DNA from: Octopus sinensis
Lineage: Eukaryota
Length of the DNA stretch: 64,000 bases
Reading direction: 5' to 3'
Assembly (NCBI RefSeq): GCF_006345805.1
Contig: NC_043005.1
Location: 27,342,001-27,406,000, forward strand
Positions within the stretch are counted from its first letter, which is position 1. Every line of letters begins with the position of its first letter. Below, one piece after another: positions 36,061 to 48,560 of the stretch. Position numbers and translations under genes: made by a program. Below the pieces are notes generated by a model, which was given only the letters and a program-made list of their open reading frames with translations, was not told the DNA's origin and did no database searches.

Positions 36061-38190
36061 AGGCAAAGCCAAACAAGCTCAAATAAAATAATGACAAATT
36101 CTTTTTTCCCATCTATGTTGTTTGTTTTTCACTTATTTTGATTTGTGTGTGTATGGGGGAATTTTAAAATTCACCAAATCAAAACGGATAATTGATGGGG
36201 ATGGAAGAAGTGCCAGCACAAAGTCCAATCCTTGTGTGATGTAGTGGCATGTATGCCTCAATGATTCTGAGAGCTGTGCCAGATGCCAGCAGAGCACAAG
36301 CTCTTGATAGGTCAGAGGTCTGACTAATATGGAGAACCTCTTCCTAGAGGCAAAAATGGCTTTGAAGAGGACCCACATCTCCTTAGAAAAAAAAATCAAA
36401 GTTACGGAAGGATTAACGACAATTCAAATCCAACAAAAACCTGGGAGAAGAAAGGACAGCCTAGGGTTAATAACAGTGGAGAAAAGTTGACAATGGTGTG
36501 TGTACCATGAGGAAGGTTTTAATTGTGGATGGAGTGGAAAAAAACATGTTAACGAGCTTCAAAAGGAAAAAAAACAGTCAGACAAAAGCTATTTTAAAAT
36601 GATTAAATTAACAAAAAAAGTAATTAAGATTTGAAACTTTTTCTTTCTTTTTATTTTAAATTAGGAATAACAGAAATCAAAATATAAAATGATAATAATT
36701 CATAATTATAATGATAATAATATTAATAATAATTATGGTTTAATTATAATAATCATAAGAAAATTAAAAAAAAAAACAGAATTTATTCAATATATATATA
36801 TATTTTTTATTTTTTTATTCCTTAGAACATATGGTTCTCAGAGTTAGCAGCATCACCACTTCACACCCTGACACTTGTACCCTCTTCTAGGATTAAGTAA
36901 GGAAAGTGTACCATTAGGCAATAGCAGGGTTTGTGGGGTGGGGCTACTGTGAAGTTGGGTGAGGGAGGTACCAAACAGTGCTGAGGTATGGCACACTGAA
37001 ACAATACATTGTGTCCATCTGTCTCTTCAAGAAACTGTTGGAGCAGAGCAGGAGAGGGTAAGCATTAGGGCAGGGTTGATGGTTATCAGAAATATGATGT
37101 AAGGAAAGTAAGAGAGAGATAAAATGTAAGACATGTAATATCCAGACTAAATGATGGATAGCAAAAATAAAATATGTGATGCCTAAAACTAATATTGAAT
37201 CACTGCCAGACTTTGACAGCAGCCTGTATTTGGTATTTTAATGGAGCAAGTAGCATTAATTTGATCAAATGTAACGGAATAATTTTTTAAAAATTGTGAA
37301 ATGCATATTTTTCGAATAAATTATAAAAATTGTTGATACTATTCCAAACATGTCATTATTATTATTATTATTACACCATCCCCTTAAAGTTGATAAAATA
37401 AATGCCATTTAATAACAGACAGCAAGAAAAGAGGTCATCCTTGATCAAATTCAATGTGCCCGTCTTTGTTCCAAAAAATTTTAGGCTTTGCATTTAACAT
37501 TAAAAAAGTATTTCAGAATCGGTAGAGCATCGGACAAAAATACTTTGTGTTATTTAAGTTAGGTCTCCATATATTCTGAGCTCAAATCTTCTTTTTTTTC
37601 TTCTCCCAAAAGTGAGGGTAAGTTAATTATAACACAACTCCAGTCAAATATGTGATACACAGTTTATCAAATCGATTTATAAATTCGTAGCTGTTTGCCA
37701 GTGTTAGAAATCATCGATTGTCGTCAACATTATTATTATTATTATTATTACTACAACCTATACTATTACCATGGTGATATCCATACTGGATTATTGTGTC
37801 GCTTACTCGATCTCCACGTTAGTTTTGCCAAGGGAGTTGTTTTTTTTTCCTTCTTTCTACCTTTTCATATAAAATGCTTTACAGACAGATTTTGAGATGG
37901 TGTGAAGCTCAGGATCTGTTTTATGAGGTTCCGGTAGGACCACAGGAAAGGAGTGGGAGCAGAGTGGAGAGGATAGGCTGAAGAGGCAGAGGTGGTGGGT
38001 GTGGTGGTGAGTTTGGTGCTGGCCTGGTTGAAAAAAAAAACAAACAAAAAAAAACTTAGAGAACCAATGTTCTAGTATCTAGAATGTTGTTCAAACAAGA
38101 TGGAGAAGAAAAGAGGAAGAGGAAATGGTGATTGTGATGAAAAAGAAAAGTGAGAGAGAGAGACAGAGAGGGGGGATGAATGAAGCTGAT

Positions 38191-38241
<51 letters not shown>

Positions 38242-38361
38242 TGCATATCAGAAACAAAAAGACAACTGTAAATAAAAACATACTGAAATAATGGAGGAAA
38301 AAGATGAAATAACACATTTTACAAAAGAAAACAGTATATATATATAGATATATATATATAC

Positions 38362-38400
<39 letters not shown>

Positions 38401-40071
38401 CATGTAAATACATATATATATATGAACACATGAAATGATAATAATAAATAAGTCCTTTTCTTCTGTCGTCACATTTTGCTGCGCTGTACATAAATTGTTT
38501 TTTTTTTTCTTTTCTTTTCAGAGCGCTATGTCTAAATTGCTGTAAAGAAGAGAGCTTCTTCTCTCTCTTTGTCTTTGTTATTGTCATTATTATTATTATT
38601 TTATATTATATTATTATTATTATTTATATAGATATTTTTTTTCATTTTTGTTTTAGTTGTTTTGAAGTCCATGGAGAATGCATCATGGACAACCCTTTGG
38701 GATACCAACAAGTAGAGGGTGGGTGGGTGGGCAGGTGAGGGGAGCCTGTGGACCATGGCCATGGCAGGCCGTAGAAGTCCGGTAGTGGATATTTTATCCA
38801 CAGAATGGTCAGAAGTGAGTGGGGATGGCAGTGGGGAGGGGAGGGGGTATTGTGGCGAATGTCAAGGGTCACAGTGGGAAACAACAGGAAAAAAAGGCAG
38901 AGGTGGAGCAGGAATGAGGGGTGTGGGTTTAAACAAGAAAGCTATACATCAAGGAGGGGATTTTGTCTTTTCTGGAACATTTATGGAGAGAAGCAGATGA
39001 CAACGAAGGTAAAATGGAGAGACAAGATAGATAGAAAGATAGACAGACAGATAGATAGATAGGTGCATATGTAGATAGATAGATAGATAGAGAGAGAGAA
39101 GAGAAAAAGAAACACAAAGAGAGACATGAGGTAAAGGGGAAGTAAGAGAAAAATAGATGAGACATAGATAGATATAGGGGTAGATGAGAGAAGCTGGGTA
39201 TTCATAATCAGGGACAGTGAGGTGTGGAGGTGTGTTGAAGGGTATAACAACAACAAAAGACAGAAATGGAAAGGATTTGGTTGGAAAGGAAACAACAGTC
39301 ACTGATTAATTTGTTTCTTTCTCTGTGTGTGTGTGGGTGTACAGATGCATGTGTGTATGTATGTCACCCCCCCAATCCCTGGAATTTATAGCACTTTCCC
39401 CTCTCCTTCCAATCATTTGATTAGTGACGTCATCAATTAATGAATGTGTGATAATGAATAGAAGAAGAAGAAGCAGCGGTAGGATACAAGGGACAGAGCA
39501 GAAGAAGAAGAGGGCGGTGATGGCATTAGTGGTGGTGGGGATGGTGACACTGAAGCTGAGGAGCGGTGGGAGGGGAGCAAAAAAAAAAGAAAGAAACAAA
39601 AACAAACAAAACCAAAATTCTTTTTTTTTTTTAAAAAAAGAAAAAAAAAATCCCAACGGAATGACAGGACGAACAGACAGACAAGAAACAAAACAGAGAA
39701 ACTGATGAATGATGTGTTGCAACAGTTAGCAGTCCATAGTTCTGTTGCTAAACCGTGTGTGTATGTATACATGAATATATATTATATATATATATGTGTG
39801 TATGTGTGTGTGTGTGTTGTGCATGTGTGAGATGATGATGATGCTGTTGTTGTTTTTATTTTGGCTTCTCGTTTGTTTTTTCGTTTTTGTTTTGTTTCTT
39901 TTCAGTCTCTCTTAATTTAATTTAATTTTCTCAGAAGTCTGCTTACACATTTTGGTGCTTTTACACTCCAGTTCTTTATTAATTGGTCATGTCTGTAGAT
40001 TACATACATACATACATGTGTATATGTTATATAATATATATAACTATCATATAGTTCATATTTATGCATCT

Positions 40072-40109
<38 letters not shown>

Positions 40110-40368
40110 ATACAATATACATATCAAGTACAGTATACCTAATATATATCATAAATGTATATGTATGTTTAATAGAGTGGTATGGCGAGGAAAAGTAGTG
40201 GTTGTAGTAGTAGTAGTAGTTGTTGTATGGAGGTGGTGATCTTTAGTTACTGCTGTTGTGTGATGTGTAGAATGGCGGAAAGAGTTCAAAATTATAAGTC
40301 CTGTCTGGAAGACAAGAGAAAGGAATTCCGCCATGACTACCACCACGACCACCACCACCAACGGACAG

Positions 40369-40782
40369 TCAACTCCGAATTGTCTCTCTCTTCAGGGAAA
40401 GTGGTTCAGACATCATCACTGGCTTTTGTAGAATGAGCAGTTCACTTTTGTCGGCAAATCTCTGTAGGGCGTCGTATTTTTGTCGCAATGAGTCCAGTTC
40501 CATTTTGACCACGTTGTTCTCTCGTTGCAGCCGGTACACCTCGGCCCGTAGCTTTTCTCTCTCAATTTCCAACTCCTCTTTCTGTGATATCCGCTTCTCA
40601 CGGCAGTTGGCAGCATAGCCTCTGTTCTTCAGTGTACGTCGACGCTGCTTTAGACGCGACACTTGCTCTCTGGTGAGACCCTTCACTACTTGGTTTAGTT
40701 CTTTCACAGTGAGTCGGACAAGTTCATCATCGGACAAGTCAAACAGGCGAGCGTTGTCCGATTTGACTTGCGATAGGAAAAT
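40369..40782 (-). CDS. MAFK: small-Maf-type bZIP transcription factor, terminal coding exon (extended homology region, basic region, leucine zipper)
   Basis: [31 protein letters not shown]...[29 protein letters not shown]...KYDALQRFA. The GYAA/QKEELE/KY.ALQ.FA residues match small Mafs rather than large Mafs (GYAQ, QRH.LE). The zipper has L/L/L/V/L/L heptads. Acceptor CTCTCTTTGTAG| is phase 0 and the stop is TGA at 40369-40371. Which small Maf it corresponds to is not resolvable. Confidence 0.93.
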   Translation of the reverse strand: MFLSQVKSDNARLFDLSDDELVRLTVKELNQVVKGLTREQVSRLKQRRRTLKNRGYAANCREKRISQKEELEIEREKLRAEVYRLQRENNVVKMELDSLRQKYDALQRFADKSELLILQKPVMMSEPLSLKRETIRS

Positions 40783-40913
40783 CTACAAAGAGAGAGAGAG
40801 AAAGAGAAAAAATAAGGAATTGATGAGAAATTAAAAAAAAACAAAACAAATAAATTAAAATAGAATAATTAATACAGATTAATAAACAAAGCAGAATAAT
40901 GTTCATAATTTAA

Positions 40914-41142
40914 TTCTTTATTGCCCACAGGAGGCTAAACAAAGTGGGGACAAACAAGGACAGACAAAGGGATTAAGTCGATTACATCGAACCCCAGTGT
41001 GTAACTGGTACTTATTCAATTGACCCCGAAAGGATAAAAGGCAAAGTGAACCTCAGCAGAATTTGAACTCAGGACATAACAGCAGACGAAATACGACTAA
41101 GCATTTCGCCCGGCGCGCTAACGACTCTGCCAGCTCACTGCC
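40914..41142 (-). mobile_element. SINE family B in the last Maf intron
   Basis: Family B body with the alternative tail GTCTGTCCTTGTTTGTCCCC...GTGGGCAATAAAGAA. Confidence 0.85.
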
Positions 41143-41452
41143 CTTATAATGTTTATAATAATAATTTCTTATATTTAGCCAAACATTTCATTAGAGACAA
41201 TATCAGTGAAATACCTGGGTCAATGACATTCAAACTGGTTATTTGATTGTTACATATTGAGATAAGCTGGTTTTGAAATCATAATGTAAAGGAACAACAA
41301 CAACAACTATGTTCTAAATTAGGCAAAAGAGGGACGGTGAGACATTTACATAATCAAGTAGCCTTTTTCTGGATGCAGTCTAAGATTTGTGTGTGTGTAG
41401 CAGCGGCAGCACTGTTCCAATTGTAAGAGCAAATACCCTTTATAGATCTCAC

Positions 41453-41602
41453 ATCAATAATTGCTGGGGGGGGGGGGGATGAAGTACCTGCTGGACTTGA
41501 AGAGAAGGACCAGTGATCGGAATATAACCGTTTGTTAAGGATGCACTTTCCCCAGGGAAGATCCCTGGTAAGTGATGAGAGATCAAGTCGTATGCTGTCC
41601 AT
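41453..41602 (-). CDS. MAFK: probable first coding exon of the Maf gene (model A)
   Basis: ATG in strong context AAACATGG encodes MDSIRLDLSSLTRDLPWGKCILNKRLYSDHWSFSSSPAGTSSPPPPAIID. Donor GAT|GTGAGA is phase 0 and joins the bZIP exon in frame (187 aa total). An upstream acceptor CTCTCTCTTGCAG| lies at 41692. An alternative exon, 41488-41594 in another frame, also fits. Confidence 0.5.
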
Positions 41603-42209
41603 GTTTAAAGAATATTTGAAATAAACAACAGTGAAAGAACATGAGTTGCCCACAAGAAATCAAAAATAGAATGGGAAAACACACACAAATACTGCAAGAG
41701 AGAGAGGAGCATATATATATAGATACATAAATACCCACCCACACATATATATGTACACACACACACGAATTGAGAGAGAGCATGTGAATTCCATGGAGTA
41801 AATAGGAAGTGACATCCTTGAGGTGGTTTTATGTCAGTGTGTTACACAATCGCCTTTTACATTGTTATTATTATTATTATTATTTATACTGACAACATTC
41901 TTTCATGTGATACATGAGTTTTATTTTGGAAAACTGATCTGTGGGAAAAAAACACATTCACACACACACACACACAAACAAAAAAAAAAGACAACTAAAT
42001 AATGCTTTTCTTTACAGTCTGAAGTCTCTCTCTCTCTCTCTTACTTCCCACTCTCTTGTCTATCATGCACTGATAAATGACATATCACGCAATAATGATT
42101 TATTAATAGTAATAAACAATTTTGATTATGAGTTTCAGCTTTTCTTCGCAGTTAGTGGCAAAATCTTTTGCATTTTACAATAAATTATTATTATTATTGT
42201 TGTTGTTCA

Positions 42210-43255
42210 GGTGGTGAGCTGACAGAAACATTAGCACACCAGACAAAATGCTTGGAAGCATTTTCTCCAACTTTATTTAATAATAATAATATGAATAAGA
42301 ATAAGAATAATGATGATGATGATAATCCTCTCTACTATAGGTACAACGCCTGAAATTTCTGAGAAGGGAAATAGTCAATTACATCAACCCCAGTGTTCGA
42401 CTTTGGTGAGATTTGAACTCAGGAAGTAAAGTCAGAAGTAATAGCCATTAAGAATTTTGTCTGCTGCGCTGACAATTCTGCAAGTTTACCATCAAACAAC
42501 AGTGCTTAATAATTGACATGGCAGTGCCAGGAGATCAACATATCATCAGGAAAGAAAGAGAAAAGGTTGATAAATATTGACACCTGAGAACTGAGATAGT
42601 TAAGATGTGGCAGCTACGAGGGTCAAACATAAAAGTTATTGTTATCGGAGCATTGGGTTCAATACCACCCAATCTGGAAAAACATCTGGAAACTTTAGAA
42701 ATACCCTACAATCTAGATGTATTGCAAAAGTCAGCATTACTTACTTGGAACTGCACACATATTGCGTAAAGTACTGTCTGTCTGAGGTCCTTGTTATGAC
42801 TTGACAAACAGTACAAACCCCCTGGTGGACACAATATCTTCAATGAACAACCTCACAATATTGTATACTGTGTGACCCCAGTGTTCAATTGGTACTTATT
42901 TTATCGACCCCAAAAGAATAAAAGGCAAAGTTGATCTTGGCGGAATTTGAACTCAGAACGTAGCAATGGGCAAAATACTGCTAAGCATTTTGCCCAGTGT
43001 GCTAACAATTCTGCCAGCTTGCCACCTTAATAATAATAATAACAACAACAATTCTTTATACTATAGGCACAAGGTGTGAAATTTGTGGTGAACTCTTAGG
43101 GTTAACCCTAACCCTAATGAATCAGATTAACTTTAATGCTCAGCTGGTACTTTTTTTTTTTGTCCCTGCAAGGACGAAACGCAAAGTCAACTTCAGTGGC
43201 ATTTGAACTCAGAATGTAAAGCACTGGAAAGAAATGACACTAACGACTCCACTAA
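42210..43255. mobile_element. cluster of CpG-decayed SINE family B fragments
   Basis: Heads and bodies at about 42210 (+), 42340 (-), 42875 (-) and 43040 (-), each adjacent to (TTA)n. Confidence 0.75.
42491..42870 (+). mobile_element. RLE-type LINE 3' end (a second, divergent family)
   Basis: CLIIDMAVPGDQHIIRKEREKVDKY*HLRTEIVKMW...VIVIGALGSIP...LQKSALL..GTAHILRKVLSV*. Confidence 0.8.
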
Positions 43256-43799
43256 TTTGCTGCCTTGATAACAACAGCAACAAAAACAACAAAGAAACAT
43301 GCTTAAAAACTGAAAATATGTTGACAAACAAAATAGTAAGAGGAGCAAAAACTGAGACGTAAATATTTAGGAAGTCAACAAAGGCATCCATTGTAATGAC
43401 CAATGTGAAGGGGAGGAGAGAGAGGGAGTGAGAGTGACCAGTTGTATTATAAATTATAAACTTAGCAATAGTTGAGGAGTGTAACATTATTAAGCAAAGA
43501 AATCTGTGACAGTTTTAAACCTAAACAACTACTGCTACCTACTGAATAGAACATTGTACCACAGCGTGTATGTGTATGAGTATGTGATATATATATATAT
43601 ATACACACACACATGTACATACGTATGTATGTATGCTAAAAGCACCATGTTATCTCAACCAGGTTTGGAGAAAATAAAAAAGTTACACAGCCTGTAGCCT
43701 TCTCTTTGAAAAACTGTACCCTACATGCAATATATCTGATACCCAGGTACAAAACTGTGGCATACAACTTGGAAAATACATAGATACAATTACATGCAC

Positions 43800-43844
<45 letters not shown>

Positions 43845-43845
<1 letters not shown>

Positions 43846-44035
43846 AAAGGTAAGACAACAAAAGAATGAAAGAAACCTCAATATTATGAAAATAGAGGAA
43901 TTTATCTGTAAATGTAAAATGTGACAATTATTGGGTAGCCATGATAAAACTTCGAGTTTCGGATATCGGGGTGGAAATCTACGTCAACATCTCTTCAGTT
44001 ATCTAGCTACCTATGGCCAGTAACTGAAGAGATAC
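43845..44035 (-). mobile_element. Penelope-like terminal repeat with a truncated inverted copy
   Basis: Contains a hammerhead and a 12-bp inverted repeat TCTCTTCAGTTA/TAACTGAAGAGA; a T-rich 3' end on the minus strand runs into (TA)n. Confidence 0.6.
43943..44003 (-). ncRNA. type I hammerhead ribozyme
   Basis: GAUAA-CUGAAGA-GAUGUUG-(16-nt loop)-CGAUAUC-C-GAA-ACU-CGA-AGU-U-UUAUC: stem I 5 bp, stem II 7 bp with one extra C, stem III 3 bp, GUU triplet. Predicted cleavage is between 43948 and 43947. Confidence 0.72.
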
Positions 44036-44147
44036 ATATATGTGTGTGTGTGTGTATATATAAATATATATATTACATATAGGGTTCTCGTTGGATGTTT
44101 GGTTCAAGAATTTTCATGTGTGAGTGTGTACATACACACACCCATAC

Positions 44148-44192
<45 letters not shown>

Positions 44193-44219
44193 TATAAATA
44201 TATATATATATATATACAC

Positions 44220-44735
44220 ATCTATGTATTTGTGTGCCTGTGTCTGTCCTTCTACCATCGCTTGACAACCGACGTTGGTGTGTTTACGTCCCTGTTACTT
44301 AGCAGTTCGGCAAAAGGGACTGATAGAATAAGTACCAGGCTTACAAAGACTGAGTCCTGGGGTCAATTTGTTCAACTGAAAGGCAGTGCTCCAGCATGGC
44401 CACAGTCAAATGCCTGAAGCAAGTAAAAGAATGAGTGAAGGCATGGTTGTGTGATTAAGCAGTTCACTTCGCAACCCCATGGTTTCAGGATCAGTCTCAC
44501 TACACAGCACCTTCAGCACTTTTTTTTTTCTCAACTATAGTCCTCAGTTGACCAACAACCTTGCAATTGAATTTGAGTGATGGAAACTGTATGGATGCTC
44601 ACTGTGCTTCTGTGTGCATATGGTTGAGCTCCACACTGCTTAATAATGGGAGCTGGTTTATTTATGCCCTAATAACCCTTCAAAGCAGTACACTAGCATG
44701 GTCGCAGTCTAATGAATGTAACAAGTAGAGGAATG
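44220..44735 (+). mobile_element. two tandem decayed SINE family A pieces
   Basis: A tail half at 44220-44430, then a second degenerate copy from about 44436. Confidence 0.7.
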
Positions 44736-44904
44736 AAAGAATACTGCGCATGTGTGTGTGCAAATATATATACATATTTGTTATATTTGGGGGTAGTTTT
44801 TTTTTTATTGCCAAATAACCATACGCACTATATACTCATTCTATATACTCACACTATATACTCATTCTTCACTTCACCTTTATTATTATTATTATCATTA
44901 TTAA

Positions 44905-45115
44905 GGTGGTGAGCTGGCAGAATAGTTATCACGCCAGGTGAAATGCTTGGCGGTATTTTGTCTGCCGCTACATTCTGAGTTCAAATTCTGCCGAAGTTGA
45001 CATTGCCTTTCTTCCTTCTGGGGGTCAATGAAATAAGTACCAGTTGAGCACTGGGGTCAATGTAATCAACTCATCCCCACCTCCCCAAACTGCCCTTGTG
45101 GCAAAAATTTGAAAT
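44905..45115 (+). mobile_element. SINE family B
   Basis: GGTGGTGAGCTGGCAGAATAGTTATC... preceded by (TTA)n. Confidence 0.8.
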
Positions 45116-46313
45116 TATTTTCATTATTATTATTTTAGTGTCCTTTGTCTGGAAATCTTTCTTCACATATCCCTGTGACCTCTTCAGCAACTCTCCATCT
45201 CGTGTGTCTCCAGGAAGTATGATGAAAGATTTCAGACAAAGGACACTAAAAAAAAGAATGATGATGATAATAATAATAATAATAATAAAACTGAAGTGAA
45301 GAACGAGTCTATAGTGTGTGTGTGTGGGGGGGGGGGGGGTTAATTGGCAAAAAAAAAAAAAGCCATCCCCAAAAATAATATCTGTTTCAACATAGGATTT
45401 CACATCAGGAATCTTAGAAAACAAATACATAAACATATATTTGTTTTTAGGTTCAGTTAAAATAAAAACAAATTTACATTAATCTGATGAGTTACTCAAC
45501 AGTTTTGTAGATACAAAGTTATCATTCTTCAACAAGAGTTTCGGTTAGCTCATCCAACCAAAACTTTGAAGTCACTGTCAACGACATTCTTGTTCAAGAA
45601 TAAATAAATACACACACACACACACCAATTCACAGCTATACCCAACTTTGTTTTGGATTATGAAGGCTTAAAATATAATGCAATGAATTCACATTATTTT
45701 TGATAGTTTGAAAAAATTGCTGACAATCTTCAAATGGCCCAGAAATATTAATTCACACAAAATTGTTCCATCTAATTAATTAAAGGACAAAATGAATACT
45801 TTAATCCTTCCATTACCATACTTCTGTTGAAATACACTGTCCTTGTTTCAATTAATTTTTCAGAATAATGAAGCAACCAGTAAAATCACTTTACCATAAT
45901 TAAACTGACATTTGGAACACAAAAAGAAAATTTGGATGGGAGGTTTAATCCTTTCGATACCAACCTCTGGCTCAGTATTACAAATGTCCATGAAACCTTA
46001 GCCACAATTTATGTTCCTATCATTAGCTTAATGGTAACTAAGTTACTTTACTAAATTCTTTGTTATATTTAAAATTAATTGAAAGAAACACAGGGCATCT
46101 CAACAGAAATACGGTAACAAAAGGATCAAATTTAGAACACTTTAAAAGTGGAAGTTTGTATCATAGAAGCAGTCTAAGGTGGGTTGGTATTGAAAGACAT
46201 AAGATTTGAAGTTTGTATTATAAAACTAGGGGGAGTTTCAGATGGAATGGTACCAAAAGAGTATTTATAAGCAACTATAAGAGTTAAACTTTTATTCTTA
46301 CAGTTTTATAAAT

Positions 46314-46635
46314 GAGGGTGTGTAACTTAGTGGTTAGTGTGTTTGGCTCACAATCATAAGGTCAGGACTTCAATTCCCGGCAGTGCGTTGTGCCCTTGTG
46401 CAAGGCACTTTATCTCACGCTGCTCCAGTCCAGTCAGCTGGCAAAAATGAATTGTACCTGTATCTAAAAGGAGTCAGCCTTGTCACTTTCTGTGTCATGC
46501 TGAATCTTCCCAAGAACTATGATAAGGGTATGTGTGTCCGTGGAGTGATCAGCCACCTGCACATTAATTTCACGAGCAAGTTGTTCTATTTATTAGATCA
46601 ACTGGAACCCTCATCATCGTAACCAATGGTGTGCA
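46314..46635 (+). mobile_element. chimeric SINE: family C CORE-like centre plus family D tail
   Basis: TGTGCCCTTGTGCAAGGCACTTTATCTCACGCTGCTCCAGTCC, then TTGTACCTG...CAGCCTTGTCA...GATCAACTGGAACCCTC. Confidence 0.7.
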
Positions 46636-46685
46636 ATGAACATAAGTTCTGGGGTAATATGTCTTATTACTAATATTATCTAAGT

Positions 46686-47250
46686 GGTGAGGTAAAGCAG
46701 TGTACTGACAGAATCGTTAGCATGCCGGGTAAAATACTTAATGGCATTTCATCTGCCTTGATGTTCTGAGTTCAAATTCTGCTGAGATCAAATTTGTCTT
46801 TTATCCTTTCAGAGTCGATAAAACAAGTATCAGTTGAGTACTAGGGTCAATGTAACTGACTAGCTCCTCTCCCTTAAATTTCAGGCCCCTTGTGCATATA
46901 GTAAAAAGGATTATTTAAGTGGTGAGACAACAGACTCATTCATTAATGCACCAGAAAAATGCTTTGTGCCCTTAGTTCTAGCCCTTTTCATACAGAATTC
47001 AAATCGTGCCAAACTCAACCTTTACCTTCCACCCATTTTTTTGGAGGGGGGGGGGATCCGATAAAGTAAGTACCAGTTAAATACTCAAGTCAGTGTAATC
47101 ATCTTGCCCCCTCCCTCAAAATTTCAGGCCCAGTGCCTATAACGGAAAGACTTAATTAAGGGGGCAAGTTTGAATTCTGCAAGGGTCAAATTTGCCTTTC
47201 ATCCTTCGAGGGTTGATAAAATTAAATATCAGTCAAGTAATGGGGTTAAA
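46686..47250 (+). mobile_element. head-to-tail array of about three SINE family B copies
   Basis: Repeated GTGGTGAG/GTTCAAAT/TTTCATCC/AAGTACCAGTT blocks. Confidence 0.75.
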
Positions 47251-47923
47251 TAGAAATAACAATAATAATAATGATAATATCATAAATAATTAATAATAAT
47301 AATAATTGCTGCTATTCTTCTTATTATTGCTGTTGTTGTTATTATTTTCAAAATACTGGGTTAATTTCCAAAATTACTCTTAATTATTTCTCTAATTAGC
47401 AACTTTTTCCAATGTTTAATGCAGTCTTGGGTATTTATATTTGTGTGTGTGTGTGTGTGTGTGAGTGTGTATGCACATGCGCACACACATATGATCTATT
47501 TCAGAAATTTCTTATACATTTTCAGCAAACAGCAACAAATATCAGAAAGGGGGTCAGGGGTCATATGTGAGTTGATAAAATGACAAAGGAAACAAACAAA
47601 TGACAAAACTTAATAATTTTAAAACTGTTTTGAACTTTGCAAAGCTGCTCAATGCTTTTGTAAACAGAAGAAGAATTAAATGGTTACAAACTATCTTCTC
47701 TTCTCACTTGTATATTATGCATACACATGTAGATTATACATACATACATATATACACACACATACATACACACACATATATACAGATGTATTCACACACA
47801 CATATATATATATACACACACCTACACGTATATATACACACACCTGATGATGATATCAGAGATACATATAAGATGAAACACATTTTAGAGACAGAGTTGC
47901 TGTATAATCAATATTTTATATTA

Positions 47924-47969
<46 letters not shown>

Positions 47970-47970
<1 letters not shown>

Positions 47971-48009
47971 TAGATAGATAGATAGATAGCTAGATAGATA
48001 GATAGCTAA

Positions 48010-48106
<97 letters not shown>

Positions 48107-48152
48107 AAGGAAGATAGATAGATATAAAGAGATAGATAGATAAATAGAAAGG

Positions 48153-48185
<33 letters not shown>

Positions 48186-48414
48186 GATAGACAGACAGAC
48201 AGATAGATAGATATAAAGAGATAGATAGATAAATAGAAAGGAAGATAGATAGATAAATAGATAGATAGATAGAAAGGAAGATAGATAGATAAATATAAAG
48301 AGACAGATAGATAAATAGATAGATAGATAGATAGAAAGGAAGATAGATAGATAGATATAAAGAGATAGATAGATAGATAGATAGAGAAATAGATAGATAT
48401 AAAGAGATAGATAA

Positions 48415-48475
<61 letters not shown>

Positions 48476-48560
48476 AAGGAAGATAGATAGATAAATAGAT
48501 AGATATAAAGAGATAGATAGATAGATAAATAGATAGATAGATGGATGGATAGATATGATG
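47970..48560. repeat. long interrupted (GATA)n satellite
   Basis: Direct reading; it has recurring GAAAGGAA and ATATAAAGA interruptions. Confidence 0.95.

Noticed and set aside
39425-39432. Perfect CRE palindrome TGACGTCA downstream of Maf
   Set aside because: Roughly one such 8-mer is expected by chance in 64 kb, and there is no supporting context.
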